Source: Eledone cirrhosa
Lineage: Eukaryota
Assembly: GCA_964016885.1 (NCBI GenBank)
Contig: OZ024741.1
Coordinates: forward strand, 174,220,001 to 174,284,000
DNA: 64,000 nt
Direction of reading: 5' to 3'
Position numbers and translations under genes: made by a program. A model generated the notes under the pieces. That model was given only the letters and a program-made list of their open reading frames with translations, was not told the origin of the DNA and ran no database searches. This document shows, piece after piece, positions 35,756-49,822 of this stretch; the stretch's first letter is position 1; every line of letters starts with the position of its first letter.

Positions 35756-38700
35756 TGTCATCACCCCTTCCTTCCTCAATCATCTCTAGTATGTGACGTC
35801 ATCACCTCTTCCTTCCTCAGTCATCTCTAGTGTGTAACGTCATCACCCCTTCCTTCCTCAATCATCTCTAGTGTGTGCCGTCATCACCTCTCCCTTCCTC
35901 AATCATCTCTAGTGTGTGACGTCATCACCCCTTTCTTCCTCAATCATCTCTAGTGTGTGCCGTCATCACCTCTCCCTTCCTCGATCATCTCTAGTGTGTG
36001 ACGTCATCACCCCTTTCTTCCTCAATCATCTCTAGTGTGCGATGTCATCACCTCTTCCTTCCTCAATCATCTCTAGTGTGTGACATCATCACCCCTTCCT
36101 TCCTCAGTCATCTCTAGTGTGTAACGTCATCACCCCTTCCTTCCTCAATCATCTCTAGTGTGTGATGGCATCACCTCTTCCTTCCTCAGTCATCACTAGT
36201 GTGTAACGTCATCACCCCTTCCTTCCTAAGTCATCTCTAGTGTGTGACATCATCACCCCTTCCTTCCTTAGTCATCTCTAGTGTGACATCATCACCCCTT
36301 ACTTCCTCAATCATCTCTATTGTGTGACATCATCACCCCTTACTTCCTCAATCATCTCTAGTGTGTGACATCATCACCCCTTACTTCCTCAATCATCTCT
36401 AGTGTGTGATGTCATCACCTCTTCCTTCCTTAGTCATCTCTAGTGTGTGACGTCATCACCCTTTCCTTTCTCAGTCTTCTCTATTGTGTGACATCATCAC
36501 CCCTTCCTTCCTCAGTCATCTCTAGTGTGTGACATCATCACCACTTCCTTCCTCAGTCATCTCTAGTGTGTGACATCATCACCCCTTCCTTCCTCAGTCA
36601 TCTCTAGTGTGTGATGTCATCACCTCTTCCTTCCTCAGTCATCTCTAGTGTGTAACGTAATCACCCCTTCCTTCCTCAATCATCTCTAGTGTGTGATGTC
36701 ATCACCTCTTCCTTCCTTAGTCATCTCTAGTGTGTGACATCATCACCCCTTCCTTCCTCAGTCATCACTAGTGTGTAACGTCATCACCCCTTCCTTCCTA
36801 AGTCATCTCTAGTGTGTGACATCATCACCCCTTCCTTCCTTAGTCATCTCTAGTGTGACATCATCACCCCTTACTTCCTCAATCTCTAGTGTGTTACATC
36901 ATCACCCCTTCCTTTCTCAATCATCTCTAGTGTGTGACATCATCACCCCTTCCTTCCTCAGTCATCTCTAGTGTATGACATCATCACCCCTTCCTTCCTC
37001 AGTCATCTCTAGTTAGTGTGTGACATCATCACCCCTTCCTTCCTCAGTCATCTCTAGTGTATGACATCATCACCACTTCCTTCCTCAGTCATCTCTAGTG
37101 TGTGACATCATCACCCCTTCCTTCCTCAGTCATCTCTAGTGTGTGACATCATCACCCCTTCCCTCCTTAGTCATCTCTAGTGTGTGACATCATCACCCCT
37201 TCCTTCTTCAGTCATCTCTAGTGTGTGACATCATCACCCCTTCCTTCCTCAGTCATCTCTAGCGTGTGACATCATCACCCCTTCCTTCCTCAGTCATCGC
37301 TAGTGTGTGACATCATCACCCCTTCCTTCCTCAGTCATCTCTAGCGTGTGACATCATCACCCCTTCCTTCCTCAGTCATCTCTAGTGTGTGACATCGTCA
37401 CCCCTTCCTTCCTCAGTCATCTCTAGTGTGTGACATCATCACCCCTTCCTTCCTTAGTCATCTCTAGTGTGTGACATCATCACCCCTTCCTTCCTCAGTC
37501 ATCGCTAGTGTGTGACATCATCACCCCTTCTTTCCTCAGTCATCTCTAGCGTGTGACATCATCACCCCTTCCTTCCTCAGTCATCTCTAGTGTGTGACAT
37601 CATCACCCCTTCCTTCCTCAGTCATCGCTAGTGTGTGACATCATCACCCCTTCTTTCCTCAGTCATCTCTAGTGTGTGACATCATCACAACTTCCTTCCT
37701 TAGTCATCTCTAGTGTGACATCATCACCCCTTCCTTCCTCAGTCATCTCTAGTGTGTTACATCATCACCCCTTCCTTTCTCAGTCATCTCTAGTGTGTGA
37801 CATCATCACCCCTTCCTTCCTCAGTCATCTCTAGTATGTGACATCATCACCCCTACCTTCCTCAGTCATCTCTAGTGTGCGACATCATCACCCCTTCCTT
37901 CCTCAGTCATCTCTAGTGTGTGACATCATCACTCCTTCCTTCCTCAGTCATCTCTAGTGTGTTACATCATCACCCCTTCCTTCCTCAGTCATCTTTAGTG
38001 TGTGACATCATCACCCCTTCCTTCCTCAGTCATCTCTAGTGTGTGACATCATCACCCCTTCCTTCCTCAGTCATCTCTAGCGTGACATCATCACCCCTTC
38101 CTTCCTCAGTCATCTCTAGTGTGTTACATCATCACCCCTTCCTTTCTCAGTCATCTCTAGTGTGTGACATCATCACCCCTTCCTTCCTCAGTCATCTCTA
38201 GTATGTGACATCATCACCCCTACCTTCCTCAGTCATCTCTAGTGTGCGACATCATCACCCCTTCCTTCCTCAGTCATCTCTAGTGTGTGACATCATCACT
38301 CCTTCCTTCCTCAGTCATCTCTAGTGTGTTACATCATCACCCCTTCCTTCCTCAGTCATCTTTAGTGTGTGACATCATCACCCCTTCCTTCCTCAGTCAT
38401 CTCTAGTGTGTGACATCATCACCCCTTCCTTCCTTAATCATCTCTATTGTGTGACATCATCACCCTTTCCTTCCTCAGTCATCTCTAGTGTGTGACATCA
38501 TCACCCCTTCCTTTCTCAGTCTTCTCTATTGTGTGACATCATCACCCATTCCTTCCTCAGTCATCTCTAGTGTATGACATCATCACCCCTTCCTTTCTCA
38601 GTCATCTCTAGTGTGTTACATCATCACCCCTTCCTTTCTCAGTCATCTCTAGTGTGTGACATCATCACCCCTTCCTTCCTCAGTCATCTCTAGTGTATGA

Positions 38701-41700
38701 CATCATCACCCCTTCCTTCCTCAGTCATCTCTAGTGTGTTACATCATCACCCCTTCCTTTCTCAGTCATCTCTATTGTGTGACATCATCACCCCTTCCTT
38801 CCTCAGTCATCTCTAGTATGTGACATCATCACCCCTTCCTTTCTCAGTCATCTCTAGTATGTGACATGATCACCCCTTCCTTTCTCAGTCATCTCTAGTG
38901 TGTGACAGCATCACCCCTTCCTTCCTCAGTCATCTCTAGTATGTGACATCATCACCCCTTCCTTTCTCAGTCATCTCTAGTGTGTGACGTCATCACCCCT
39001 TCCTTCCTCAGTCATCTCTAGTATGTGACATCATCACCCCTTCCTTCCTCAGTCATCTCTAGTATGTGACATCATCACCCCTTCCTTTCTCAGTCATCTC
39101 TAGTGTGTGACATCATCACCCCTTCCTTTCTCAGTCATCTCTAGTATGTGCCATCATCACCCCTTCCTTTCTCTGTCATCTCTAGTGTGTGACATCATCA
39201 CCCCTTCCTTCCTCAGTCATCTCTAGTGTGTTACATCATCACCCCTTCCTTTCTCAGTCATCTCTAGTGTGTGACATCATCACCCCTTCCTTCCTCAGTC
39301 ATCTCTAGCGTGACATCATCACCCCTTCCTTCCTCAGTCATCTCTAGTGTGTTACATCATCACCCCTTCCTTTCTCAGTCATCTCTAGTGTGTGACATCA
39401 TCACCCCTTCCTTCCTCAGTCATCTCTAGTATGTGACATCATCACCCCTACCTTCCTCAGTCATCTCTAGTGTGCGACATCATCACCCCTTCCTTCCTCA
39501 GTCATCTCTAGTGTGTGACATCATCACTCCTTCCTTCCTCAGTCATCTCTAGTGTGTTACATCATCACCCCTTCCTTCCTCAGTCATCTTTAGTGTGTGA
39601 CATCATCACCCCTTCCTTCCTCAGTCATCTCTAGTGTGTGACATCATCACCCCTTCCTTCCTCAGTCATCTCTAGCGTGACATCATCACCCCTTCCTTTC
39701 TCAGTCATCTCTAGTGTGTGACATAATCACCTCTTCCTTCCTCAGTCATCTCTAGTGTGTGGCGTCATCACCCCTTCCTTTCTCAGTCATCTCTAGTGTG
39801 TGACGTCATCACCCCTTCCTTCTCAGTCATCTCTAGTGTGTGACATCATCACCCCTTCCTTCCCTCAGTCATCTCTAGTGTGTGACGTCATCACCCCTTC
39901 CTTCCTTAGTCATCTCTAGTGTGTGACATCATCACCCCTTCCTTCCTCAGTCATCTCTAGTGTGTGACATCATCACCCCTTCCTTCCTCAGTCATCTCTA
40001 GTGTGTGACATCATCACCCCTTCCTTCCTCAGTCATCTCTAGCGTGTGACATCATCACCCCTTCCTTCCTCAGTCATCGCTAGTGTGTGACATCATCACC
40101 CCTTCCTTCCTCAGTCATCTCTAGTGTGTGACATCGTCACCCCTTCCTTCCTCAGTCATCTCTAGTGTGTGACATCATCACCCCTTCCTTCCTTAGTCAT
40201 CTCTAGTGTGTGACATCATCACCCCTTCCTTCCTCAGTCATCGCTAGTGTGTGACATCATCACCCCTTCTTTCCTCAGTCATCTCTAGCGTGTGACATCA
40301 TCACCCCTTCCTTCCTCAGTCATCTCTAGTGTGTGACATCATCACCCCTTCCTTCCTCAGTCATCGCTAGTGTGTGACATCATCACCCCTTCTTTCCTCA
40401 GTCATCTCTAGTGTGTGACATCATCACAACTTCCTTCCTTAGTCAACTCTAGTGTGACATCATCACCCCTTCCTTCCTCAGTCATCTCTAGTGTGTTACA
40501 TCATCACCCCTTCCTTTCTCAGTCATCTCTAGTGTGTGACATCATCACCCCTTCCTTCCTCAGTCATCTCTAGTATGTGACATCATCACCCCTACCTTCC
40601 TCAGTCATCTCTAGTGTGCGACATCATCACCCCTTCCTTCCTCAGTCATCTCTAGTGTGTGACATCATCACTCCTTCCTTCCTCAGTCATCTCTAGTGTG
40701 TTACATCATCACCCCTTCCTTCCTCAGTCATCTTTAGTGTGTGACATCATCACCCCTTCCTTCCTCAGTCATCTCTAGTGTGTGACATCATCACCCCTTC
40801 CTTCCTCAGTCATCTCTAGCGTGACATCATCACCCCTTCCTTCCTCAGTCATCTCTAGTGTGTTACATCATCACCCCTTCCTTTCTCAGTCATCTCTAGT
40901 GTGTGACATCATCACCCCTTCCTTCCTCAGTCATCTCTAGTATGTGACATCATCACCCCTACCTTCCTCAGTCATCTCTAGTGTGCGACATCATCACCCC
41001 TTCCTTCCTCAGTCATCTCTAGTGTGTGACATCATCACTCCTTCCTTCCTCAGTCATCTCTAGTGTGTTACATCATCACCCCTTCCTTCCTCAGTCATCT
41101 TTAGTGTGTGACATCATCACCCCTTCCTTCCTCAGTCATCTCTAGTGTGTGACATCATCACCCCTTCCTTCCTTAATCATCTCTATTGTGTGACATCATC
41201 ACCCTTTCCTTCCTCAGTCATCTCTAGTGTGTGACATCATCACCCCTTCCTTTCTCAGTCTTCTCTATTGTGTGACATCATCACCCATTCCTTCCTCAGT
41301 CATCTCTAGTGTATGACATCATCACCCCTTCCTCTCTCAGTCATCTCTAGTGTGTTACATCATCACCCCTTCCTTTCTCAGTCATCTCTAGTGTGTGACA
41401 TCATCACCCCTTCCTTCCTCAGTCATCTCTAGTGTATGACATCATCACCCCTTCCTTCCTCAGTCATCTCTAGTGTGTTACATCATCACCCCTTCCTTTC
41501 TCAGTCATCTCTATTGTGTGACATCATCACCCCTTCCTTCCTCAGTCATCTCTAGTATGTGACATCATCACCCCTTCCTTTCTCAGTCATCTCTAGTATG
41601 TGACATGATCACCCCTTCCTTTCTCAGTCATCTCTAGTGTGTGACAGCATCACCCCTTCCTTCCTCAGTCATCTCTAGTATGTGACATCATCACCCCTTC

Positions 41701-44700
41701 CTTTCTCAGTCATCTCTAGTGTGTGACGTCATCACCCCTTCCTTCCTCAGTCATCTCTAGTATGTGACATCATCACCCCTTCCTTCCTCAGTCATCTCTA
41801 GTATGTGACATCATCACCCCTTCCTTTCTCAGTCATCTCTAGTGTGTGACATCATCACCCCTTCCTTTCTCAGTCATCTCTAGTATGTGACATCATCACC
41901 CCTTCCTTTCTCTGTCATCTCTAGTGTGTGACATCATCACCCCTTCCTTCCTCAGTCATCTCTAGTGTGTTACATCATCACCCCTTCCTTTCTCAGTCAT
42001 CTCTAGTGTGTGACATCATCACCCCTTCCTTCCTCAGTCATCTCTAGCGTGACATCATCACCCCTTCCTTCCTCAGTCATCTCTAGTGTGTTACATCATC
42101 ACCCCTTCCTTTCTCAGTCATCTCTAGTGTGTGACATCATCACCCCTTCCTTCCTCAGTCATCTCTAGTATGTGACATCATCACCCCTACCTTCCTCAGT
42201 CATCTCTAGTGTGCGACATCATCACCCCTTCCTTCCTCAGTCATCTCTAGTGTGTGACATCATCACTCCTTCCTTCCTCAGTCATCTCTAGTGTGTTACA
42301 TCATCACCCCTTCCTTCCTCAGTCATCTTTAGTGTGTGACATCATCACCCCTTCCTTCCTCAGTCATCTCTAGTGTGTGACATCATCACCCCTTCCTTCC
42401 TCAGTCATCTCTAGCGTGACATCATCACCCCTTCCTTTCTCAGTCATCTCTAGTGTGTGACATAATCACCTCTTCCTTCCTCAGTCATCTCTAGTGTGTG
42501 GCGTCATCACCCCTTCCTTTCTCAGTCATCTCTAGTGTGTGACGTCATCACCCCTTCCTTCTCAGTCATCTCTAGTGTGTGACATCATCACCCCTTCCTT
42601 CCCTCAGTCATCTCTAGTGTGTGACGTCATCACCCCTTCCTTCCTTAGTCATCTCTAGTGTGTGACATCATCACCCCTTCCTTCCTCAGTCATCTCTAGT
42701 GTGTGACATCATCACCCCTTCCTTCCTCAGTCATCTCTAGTGTGTGACATCATCACCCCTTCCTTCCTCAGTCATCTCTAGCGTGTGACATCATCACCCC
42801 TTCCTTCCTCAGTCATCGCTAGTGTGTGACATCATCACCCCTTCCTTCCTCAGTCATCTCTAGTGTGTGACATCGTCACCCCTTCCTTCCTCAGTCATCT
42901 CTAGTGTGTGACATCATCACCCCTTCCTTCCTTAGTCATCTCTAGTGTGTGACATCATCACCCCTTCCTTCCTCAGTCATCGCTAGTGTGTGACATCATC
43001 ACCCCTTCTTTCCTCAGTCATCTCTAGCGTGTGACATCATCACCCCTTCCTTCCTCAGTCATCTCTAGTGTGTGACATCATCACCCCTTCCTTCCTCAGT
43101 CATCGCTAGTGTGTGACATCATCACCCCTTCTTTCCTCAGTCATCTCTAGTGTGTGACATCATCACAACTTCCTTCCTTAGTCAACTCTAGTGTGACATC
43201 ATCACCCCTTCCTTCCTCAGTCATCTCTAGTGTGTTACATCATCACCCCTTCCTTTCTCAGTCATCTCTAGTGTGTGACATCATCACCCCTTCCTTCCTC
43301 AGTCATCTCTAGTATGTGACATCATCACCCCTACCTTCCTCAGTCATCTCTAGTGTGCGACATCATCACCCCTTCCTTCCTCAGTCATCTCTAGTGTGTG
43401 ACATCATCACTCCTTCCTTCCTCAGTCATCTCTAGTGTGTTACATCATCACCCCTTCCTTCCTCAGTCATCTTTAGTGTGTGACATCATCACCCCTTCCT
43501 TCCTCAGTCATCTCTAGTGTGTGACATCATCACCCCTTCCTTCCTCAGTCATCTCTAGCGTGACATCATCACCCCTTCCTTCCTCAGTCATCTCTAGTGT
43601 GTTACATCATCACCCCTTCCTTTCTCAGTCATCTCTAGTGTGTGACATCATCACCCCTTCCTTCCTCAGTCATCTCTAGTATGTGACATCATCACCCCTA
43701 CCTTCCTCAGTCATCTCTAGTGTGCGACATCATCACCCCTTCCTTCCTCAGTCATCTCTAGTGTGTGACATCATCACTCCTTCCTTCCTCAGTCATCTCT
43801 AGTGTGTTACATCATCACCCCTTCCTTCCTCAGTCATCTTTAGTGTGTGACATCATCACCCCTTCCTTCCTCAGTCATCTCTAGTGTGTGACATCATCAC
43901 CCCTTCCTTCCTTAATCATCTCTATTGTGTGACATCATCACCCTTTCCTTCCTCAGTCATCTCTAGTGTGTGACATCATCACCCCTTCCTTTCTCAGTCT
44001 TCTCTATTGTGTGACATCATCACCCATTCCTTCCTCAGTCATCTCTAGTGTATGACATCATCACCCCTTCCTCTCTCAGTCATCTCTAGTGTGTTACATC
44101 ATCACCCCTTCCTTTCTCAGTCATCTCTAGTGTGTGACATCATCACCCCTTCCTTCCTCAGTCATCTCTAGTGTATGACATCATCACCCCTTCCTTCCTC
44201 AGTCATCTCTAGTGTGTTACATCATCACCCCTTCCTTTCTCAGTCATCTCTATTGTGTGACATCATCACCCCTTCCTTCCTCAGTCATCTCTAGTATGTG
44301 ACATCATCACCCCTTCCTTTCTCAGTCATCTCTAGTATGTGACATGATCACCCCTTCCTTTCTCAGTCATCTCTAGTGTGTGACAGCATCACCCCTTCCT
44401 TCCTCAGTCATCTCTAGTATGTGACATCATCACCCCTTCCTTTCTCAGTCATCTCTAGTGTGTGACGTCATCACCCCTTCCTTCCTCAGTCATCTCTAGT
44501 ATGTGACATCATCACCCCTTCCTTCCTCAGTCATCTCTAGTATGTGACATCATCACCCCTTCCTTTCTCAGTCATCTCTAGTGTGTGACATCATCACCCC
44601 TTCCTTTCTCAGTCATCTCTAGTATGTGACATCATCACCCCTTCCTTTCTCTGTCATCTCTAGTGTGTGACATCATCACCCCTTCCTTCCTCAGTCATCT

Positions 44701-45570
44701 CTAGTGTGTTACATCATCACCCCTTCCTTTCTCAGTCATCTCTAGTGTGTGACATCATCACCCCTTCCTTCCTCAGTCATCTCTAGCGTGACATCATCAC
44801 CCCTTCCTTCCTCAGTCATCTCTAGTGTGTTACATCATCACCCCTTCCTTTCTCAGTCATCTCTAGTGTGTGACATCATCACCCCTTCCTTCCTCAGTCA
44901 TCTCTAGTATGTGACATCATCACCCCTACCTTCCTCAGTCATCTCTAGTGTGCGACATCATCACCCCTTCCTTCCTCAGTCATCTCTAGTGTGTGACATC
45001 ATCACTCCTTCCTTCCTCAGTCATCTCTAGTGTGTTACATCATCACCCCTTCCTTCCTCAGTCATCTTTAGTGTGTGACATCATCACCCCTTCCTTCCTC
45101 AGTCATCTCTAGTGTGTGACATCATCACCCCTTCCTTCCTCAGTCATCTCTAGCGTGACATCATCACCCCTTCCTTTCTCAGTCATCTCTAGTGTGTGAC
45201 ATAATCACCTCTTCCTTCCTCAGTCATCTCTAGTGTGTGACGTCATCACCCCTTCCTTTCTCAGTCATCTCTAGTGTGTGACGTCATCACCCCTTCCTTC
45301 TCAGTCATCTCTAGTGTGTGACATCATCACCCCTTCCTTCCCTCAGTCATCTCTAGTGTGTGACGTCATCACCCCTTCCTTCCTTAGTCATCTCTAGTGT
45401 GTGACATCATCACCCCTTCCTTCCTCAGTCATCTCTAGTGTGTGACATCATCACCCCTTCCTTTCTCAGTCATCTCTAGTGTGTGACATCATCACTCCTT
45501 CCTTCCTCAGTCTTCTCTAGTGTGTGACATCATCACCCCTTCCTTTCTCAGTCTTCTCTAGTGTGTGACA
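35756..45570. repeat. 41-bp satellite, ~240 monomers, with a 2739-bp higher-order repeat
   Basis: Consensus gtgtgtgacatcatcaccccttccttcctcagtcatctcta. Diagnostic variants recur every 2739 bp. Confidence 0.97.
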
Positions 45571-46002
45571 GAAGGACAGACGGACAGGCAGAAGTTGCTC
45601 AAATTAATATATGATATAGCAGTCATAATGGAAATGGTCAATTGATCTCTGTTGTGTCAATAATGAGAGTTGTTACTGTTCACACCTATATAGGTTTTAG
45701 CTGACCTCTAATGAAGTTATATCTCACAGGAGGTTTCTTGTGTTTTTTTTAATAACAGGAGCCCGTCCTGTCATAAACAAGGTGTGTTCCAGTCATTTGA
45801 CTAATGGTACCACCTGCTTACAAAATTAACATGTAAGTGGCTGAGTATTCCACAGACATATGTCCTCTTAGCATAATTCTCAAGGAGATTTAGCATGACA
45901 CACTGTGTGACATGGCTGGCCCTTTGAATTACAGGTACAGTTCATTCATCTGATAGGCTTCCAAACGGCTTCTGTTTTCCACGGTAAAAGACACTTGCTT
46001 AA

Positions 46003-46202
46003 CCCTTTAGCATTTAAACCATCCATATCTGGCCAGAATGCTCTCACCTCTTTCTATTCAAACTGGTTATAACTAGCAGCTTATACTTATGTTAAGGTAT
46101 CGTTCTCAAAATAAATAATATGATAGATTCGATAATTATGTGAAGTAAAAATACAATCGTAAATATAGAGTAATGTTAAATATAGAGTAATAGACTAAAG
46201 GG
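46003..46202. mobile_element. piggyBac-type (TTAA) MITE
   Basis: TTAA|CCCTTTAG...CTAAAGGG|TTAA; same family as 19110-19317. Confidence 0.75.
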
Positions 46203-47096
46203 TTAAGCTACCATGCTGTCAGATGGAACCTAGAACCTCACAATTGTGAAGCAAACTTTTTAACCATTCAACCATGCTTTGTCTATACTAAGGAAATGTT
46301 AATGGGAATTATACACAAGAGTTTATTTTTTTTAAAGATTTCACTACCTATAGTTAAGGGTGTACATGATTTATGAGTGTGTATTATACTCAAATAAATA
46401 TGGGATATCATTTTGCTCTTACAGTATATTTATTGACACATTAAATATGCTCTCACTCACTGATGTATTATTTATCGAATAGACGGCATATGAAAATTAT
46501 TCATAATTTTCAAATATAACCTCTGGGAAGAGCTAAGCTCACCAGAGCAACTTCAAAAGAACATCTGCTTTAACACTGAAGTTTTAGACTCAATAAAATT
46601 CATGCTAACATAGAAAAACAAATACACAGACATGTCAGTGGAAGGAAGCTGCAATAGAGGAAGACCAGGGTAGAATTGATAAAGAAGGAATGCAACAAGT
46701 GGAAGCAGATTGTACTGAAGAAGATGAAGCCAACTGATGCAGGCATGGCTATGTGGATGTAAAAGGATAAGGATAAATGATGATAAGAAATCAGTTAATG
46801 GAGCACCAACATGGTTGCTCAGCCTGCTAGAAATAGCAGTCAAATTTTCTCCCTCAATTCACATCTAGCTGTCTTAAATAAGGACAAGACCCCTTGTATT
46901 GAACTGACACTGTATTGTCGTAATACCATATGGGCAGTTGCATGATGCACCAGCCCCAGCTTTCTAGTCTCAACATTTTGACAAGTAAATTCTTTCTCAG
47001 TCAGATGGTTTGTGTTTAACTCTTAACATCCTATAATTTGTTTTTGAATTTGTTTTGCAAGATTTCTTATGTTAAAACGTGTGTTGAAACAGATAG

Positions 47097-47318
47097 TGTT
47101 ATACTTTGGGAGGGTCATGTTGCCAATAAAAACACACACACACCTGTTGGTTTTTACTTCAATTTATTATAAATTTCCGAAGAGCTTTGACAATATATAA
47201 GCAACCATCCAGTTATCAATCCAACCAACCAACCAACCAAAAATGTATAATAAATTGAAGTGAAAACCAACAGGTGTGTGTGTTTTTATTAGCAGCATGA
47301 CCCTCCCAAAGTATAACA
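47097..47318. repeat. Inverted repeat, ~75-bp arms with ~75-bp spacer
   Basis: tgttatactttgggagggtcatg...tttattata pairs with tataataaa...catgaccctcccaaagtataaca. Confidence 0.8.
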
Positions 47319-47949
47319 ACATCCAATAATGATTTGGCAGAAAATATCTAAAAACGGATCTGTTAACTCAAATCTTTATATTATCTTTATTAGTAACCAA
47401 ATCATTATGATAAATTGTAGTATGAAAGTAAAGATTAAAATGTTTAACATGATGCACTCATAGTGCTGTTTTGTATTTTTGAAGAAGGTCTTGTTAATGT
47501 GGTTTTATGTAGTACAGGACATTAAGAGCTAATATTTGTTAGTCAGTAATAGTGCTAAAGAATGAAAAACTGAAGTTTTTTCACTGATTTGTTCATTTCT
47601 CAAAATGTGTGTATTGTTGTAGTTGTTGAAACCTTGAAATTATTCAAATTAATGTCATTGCTTTCAGTCAAAAAGTCATTGTTTTGCTGCTGTTTTCTCT
47701 TGACTGTTTACATCTTGCTTGGTAATTGAATTTGTTTTTTTCTCTTTGTTGATAATAATAAATAAATTTCTTTATTAGCCACAAGAGCTTGCACATAGAA
47801 ATACAGTAAACATTATAAGCATAGTGGTTATAATATATATGGGGTTGGATAAACAGTTATAATAAAAACAGGGGCAGTATGCCTAAATCAAAAATTATTG
47901 TTATTAATATCATTTGTAACACTTTTGCTCTGGCAGATGTTATAGCGAC

Positions 47950-48235
47950 ATTATATCAAAAGAGCGAGCCATAGCCAATGGCAAAAGGTACTTCTCCTAC
48001 AACTTTCTAACACCCACCTTAGAATCCTTGCTGTTCCCAGCAAGGCTGTTTTCTGTGACAATCTCATCCTGATGGTAATTCCTAGCTTCTCAAGCCATGC
48101 ATACCTTTTACTTACTGCTCCCAGTGGGCCAACCACAACCAGTACCACTTCTACGTGTCTGATTCTCCATAGTTTCCTGATTTCCCTCTTCAGCTCCTGG
48201 TATTTCTTAACTTTCTCACTTTCTTCTCATTCACC
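47950..48235 (-). pseudogene. 3' fragment of an R4/Dong-like LINE (restriction-like endonuclease C-terminus)
   Basis: EKVKKYQELKREIRKLW...VVVGPLGAV...QKTALLGTARILRWVL. Confidence 0.7.
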
Positions 48236-48264
48236 CTTAATATCATTATAGTATCACACTACTT

Positions 48265-48838
48265 TAATGGTACTTTATTTTTTTACCTTGGAAGGATGTA
48301 AAGCAAAGTTAACCTTGACAGAATTTGAACTCAGAATGCAAAAAGCTGGAACAAATACTGTGAAGCATTGATCTGGTGCTCAATTAACCCTGCCCTACCA
48401 CAGCCCTAAACTCACCAAATAATGGTTTCTGATTTAGGCACAAGGCCAGCAAATTTGGGGGAAGAGGAAAGTATATTAGATCGACCCCAGTGCATTACTG
48501 GTACTTTATTTTATTAACCCCATAAGGATGAAAGGCAAAGCTAACCTCGGCAGGATTTGAACTCAGTACGTAAAGGGGCATAACTCTATGATGCAAAGCA
48601 TGGTGTCCGACGCTCTACTGATTCTGCCAATCCACCACCCTTTGCTTCACCAAATAATTGTTTCTACTTTTGGCACAAGGCCAGCAATTATCCCAGTTCA
48701 TTACTGGTACTTTATTTTATCGACCACATAAGGATGAAAGGCAAAGTTAACCTCGGCGGGATTTGAACTCAGACCATAAAGTGGCGTAACTCTATGCTGC
48801 AAAGCATGGCGTCCGACCTTTTACCGATACTGCCAATA
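48265..48838 (-). mobile_element. Cluster of three tRNA-derived SINE copies
   Basis: Three successive copies of the reverse-complement SINE core. Confidence 0.7.
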
Positions 48839-48913
48839 TTTGAATTTATTTGAATTAGAAAAAAAAAAGATAAAAGAAAAATGAATTATAAAACTAATTA
48901 TTAATATACATAC

Positions 48914-49048
48914 TTTTTGTTTTTTCAGAATATCAATTAATTTCATTTGTTTCCTAAAACCAGTCATTAATTCATTTTTCTGTTTCTCAAGTATTCGATT
49001 CTCAGCTAGAAGCTGTTCCATTCGTTTCTTGTCTTGGCTGCTGTGATC
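48914..49048 (-). CDS. TEX9: TEX9 coding exon
   Basis: tag|DHSSQDKKRMEQLLAENRILEKQKNELMTGFRKQMKLIDILKKQK|gtatgt; 135 bp, phase 0-0. Confidence 0.9.
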
Positions 49049-49300
49049 CTATTGTTCCAAAATAAAACTAAATCTTAGCAACAACAACACGGCAACATAT
49101 TAATAAAATGGGTGTCATATATTTAGGAATCAAAATTTATCAAATATAATTATTTCCAGCATAGAGGTTTTGGTGGGAAGGTGAAATTATATTCAATTAA
49201 ATTGAATACAGTACTTTATTTTATTGATCCTGGAAGGATGAAGACAGATCAACCTTGCAATTAGAATACAGAGCATAAAGCACCAGAGAAAATTCCATAC

Positions 49301-49622
49301 GGATAGCGTCGGGCTTACAATTGTGAGGTTGTGGGTTCGATTCTTGGACCGAGCTTTGCATTGTGTTCTTGAGCAAGACACTATATTTCATGTTGCTCCA
49401 GTTCACTCAGCTGTAGAAATGCTTTGCGATGTCACTGATGCCAAGCTGTATCGGCCATTACCTTTCTCTTGGACATCATCGGTGACGTGGAGAGGGGAGA
49501 CTGGTATGAATGGGCAACTGCTGGTCTTCCACAAACAACCTTGCCTGGACTTGTGCCTCAGAGGGAAACTTTCTAGTTGCAAATCCCATGGTCATTCATG
49601 ACCAAAGGGGGTCTTTACCCTT
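49301..49622 (+). mobile_element. Second tRNA-derived SINE family
   Basis: GGTTCGATTC B-box followed by TTGAGCAAGACACT. Related heads occur at 55522 and 57641. Confidence 0.6.
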
Positions 49623-49822
49623 TTATCTGACAAGTTTGTTTTGTAGTCTTCTACACATTTTTATTTTAAGATTCCAAATTATTATTTTCATCTTTCTCCC
49701 TTCAGTCTTATCATTCCTATCACCATTATCCTCAGAGATTTTAATATGATTCCAGACCTATGTTTGTATAGGTTCGTTGGCTCTCCAATTTGGTATGTCA
49801 CCATGCTCTCTGCTCTTGTTAT

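Noticed and set aside
35756-45570. CRISPR-like regular array
   Set aside because: Monomers are directly adjacent with no unique spacers, the context is eukaryotic, and there are no cas genes.
49301-49350. tRNA genes at SINE heads (also 55522, 57641)
   Set aside because: They have A/B-box similarity but run into SINE body sequence and lack a complete acceptor stem.
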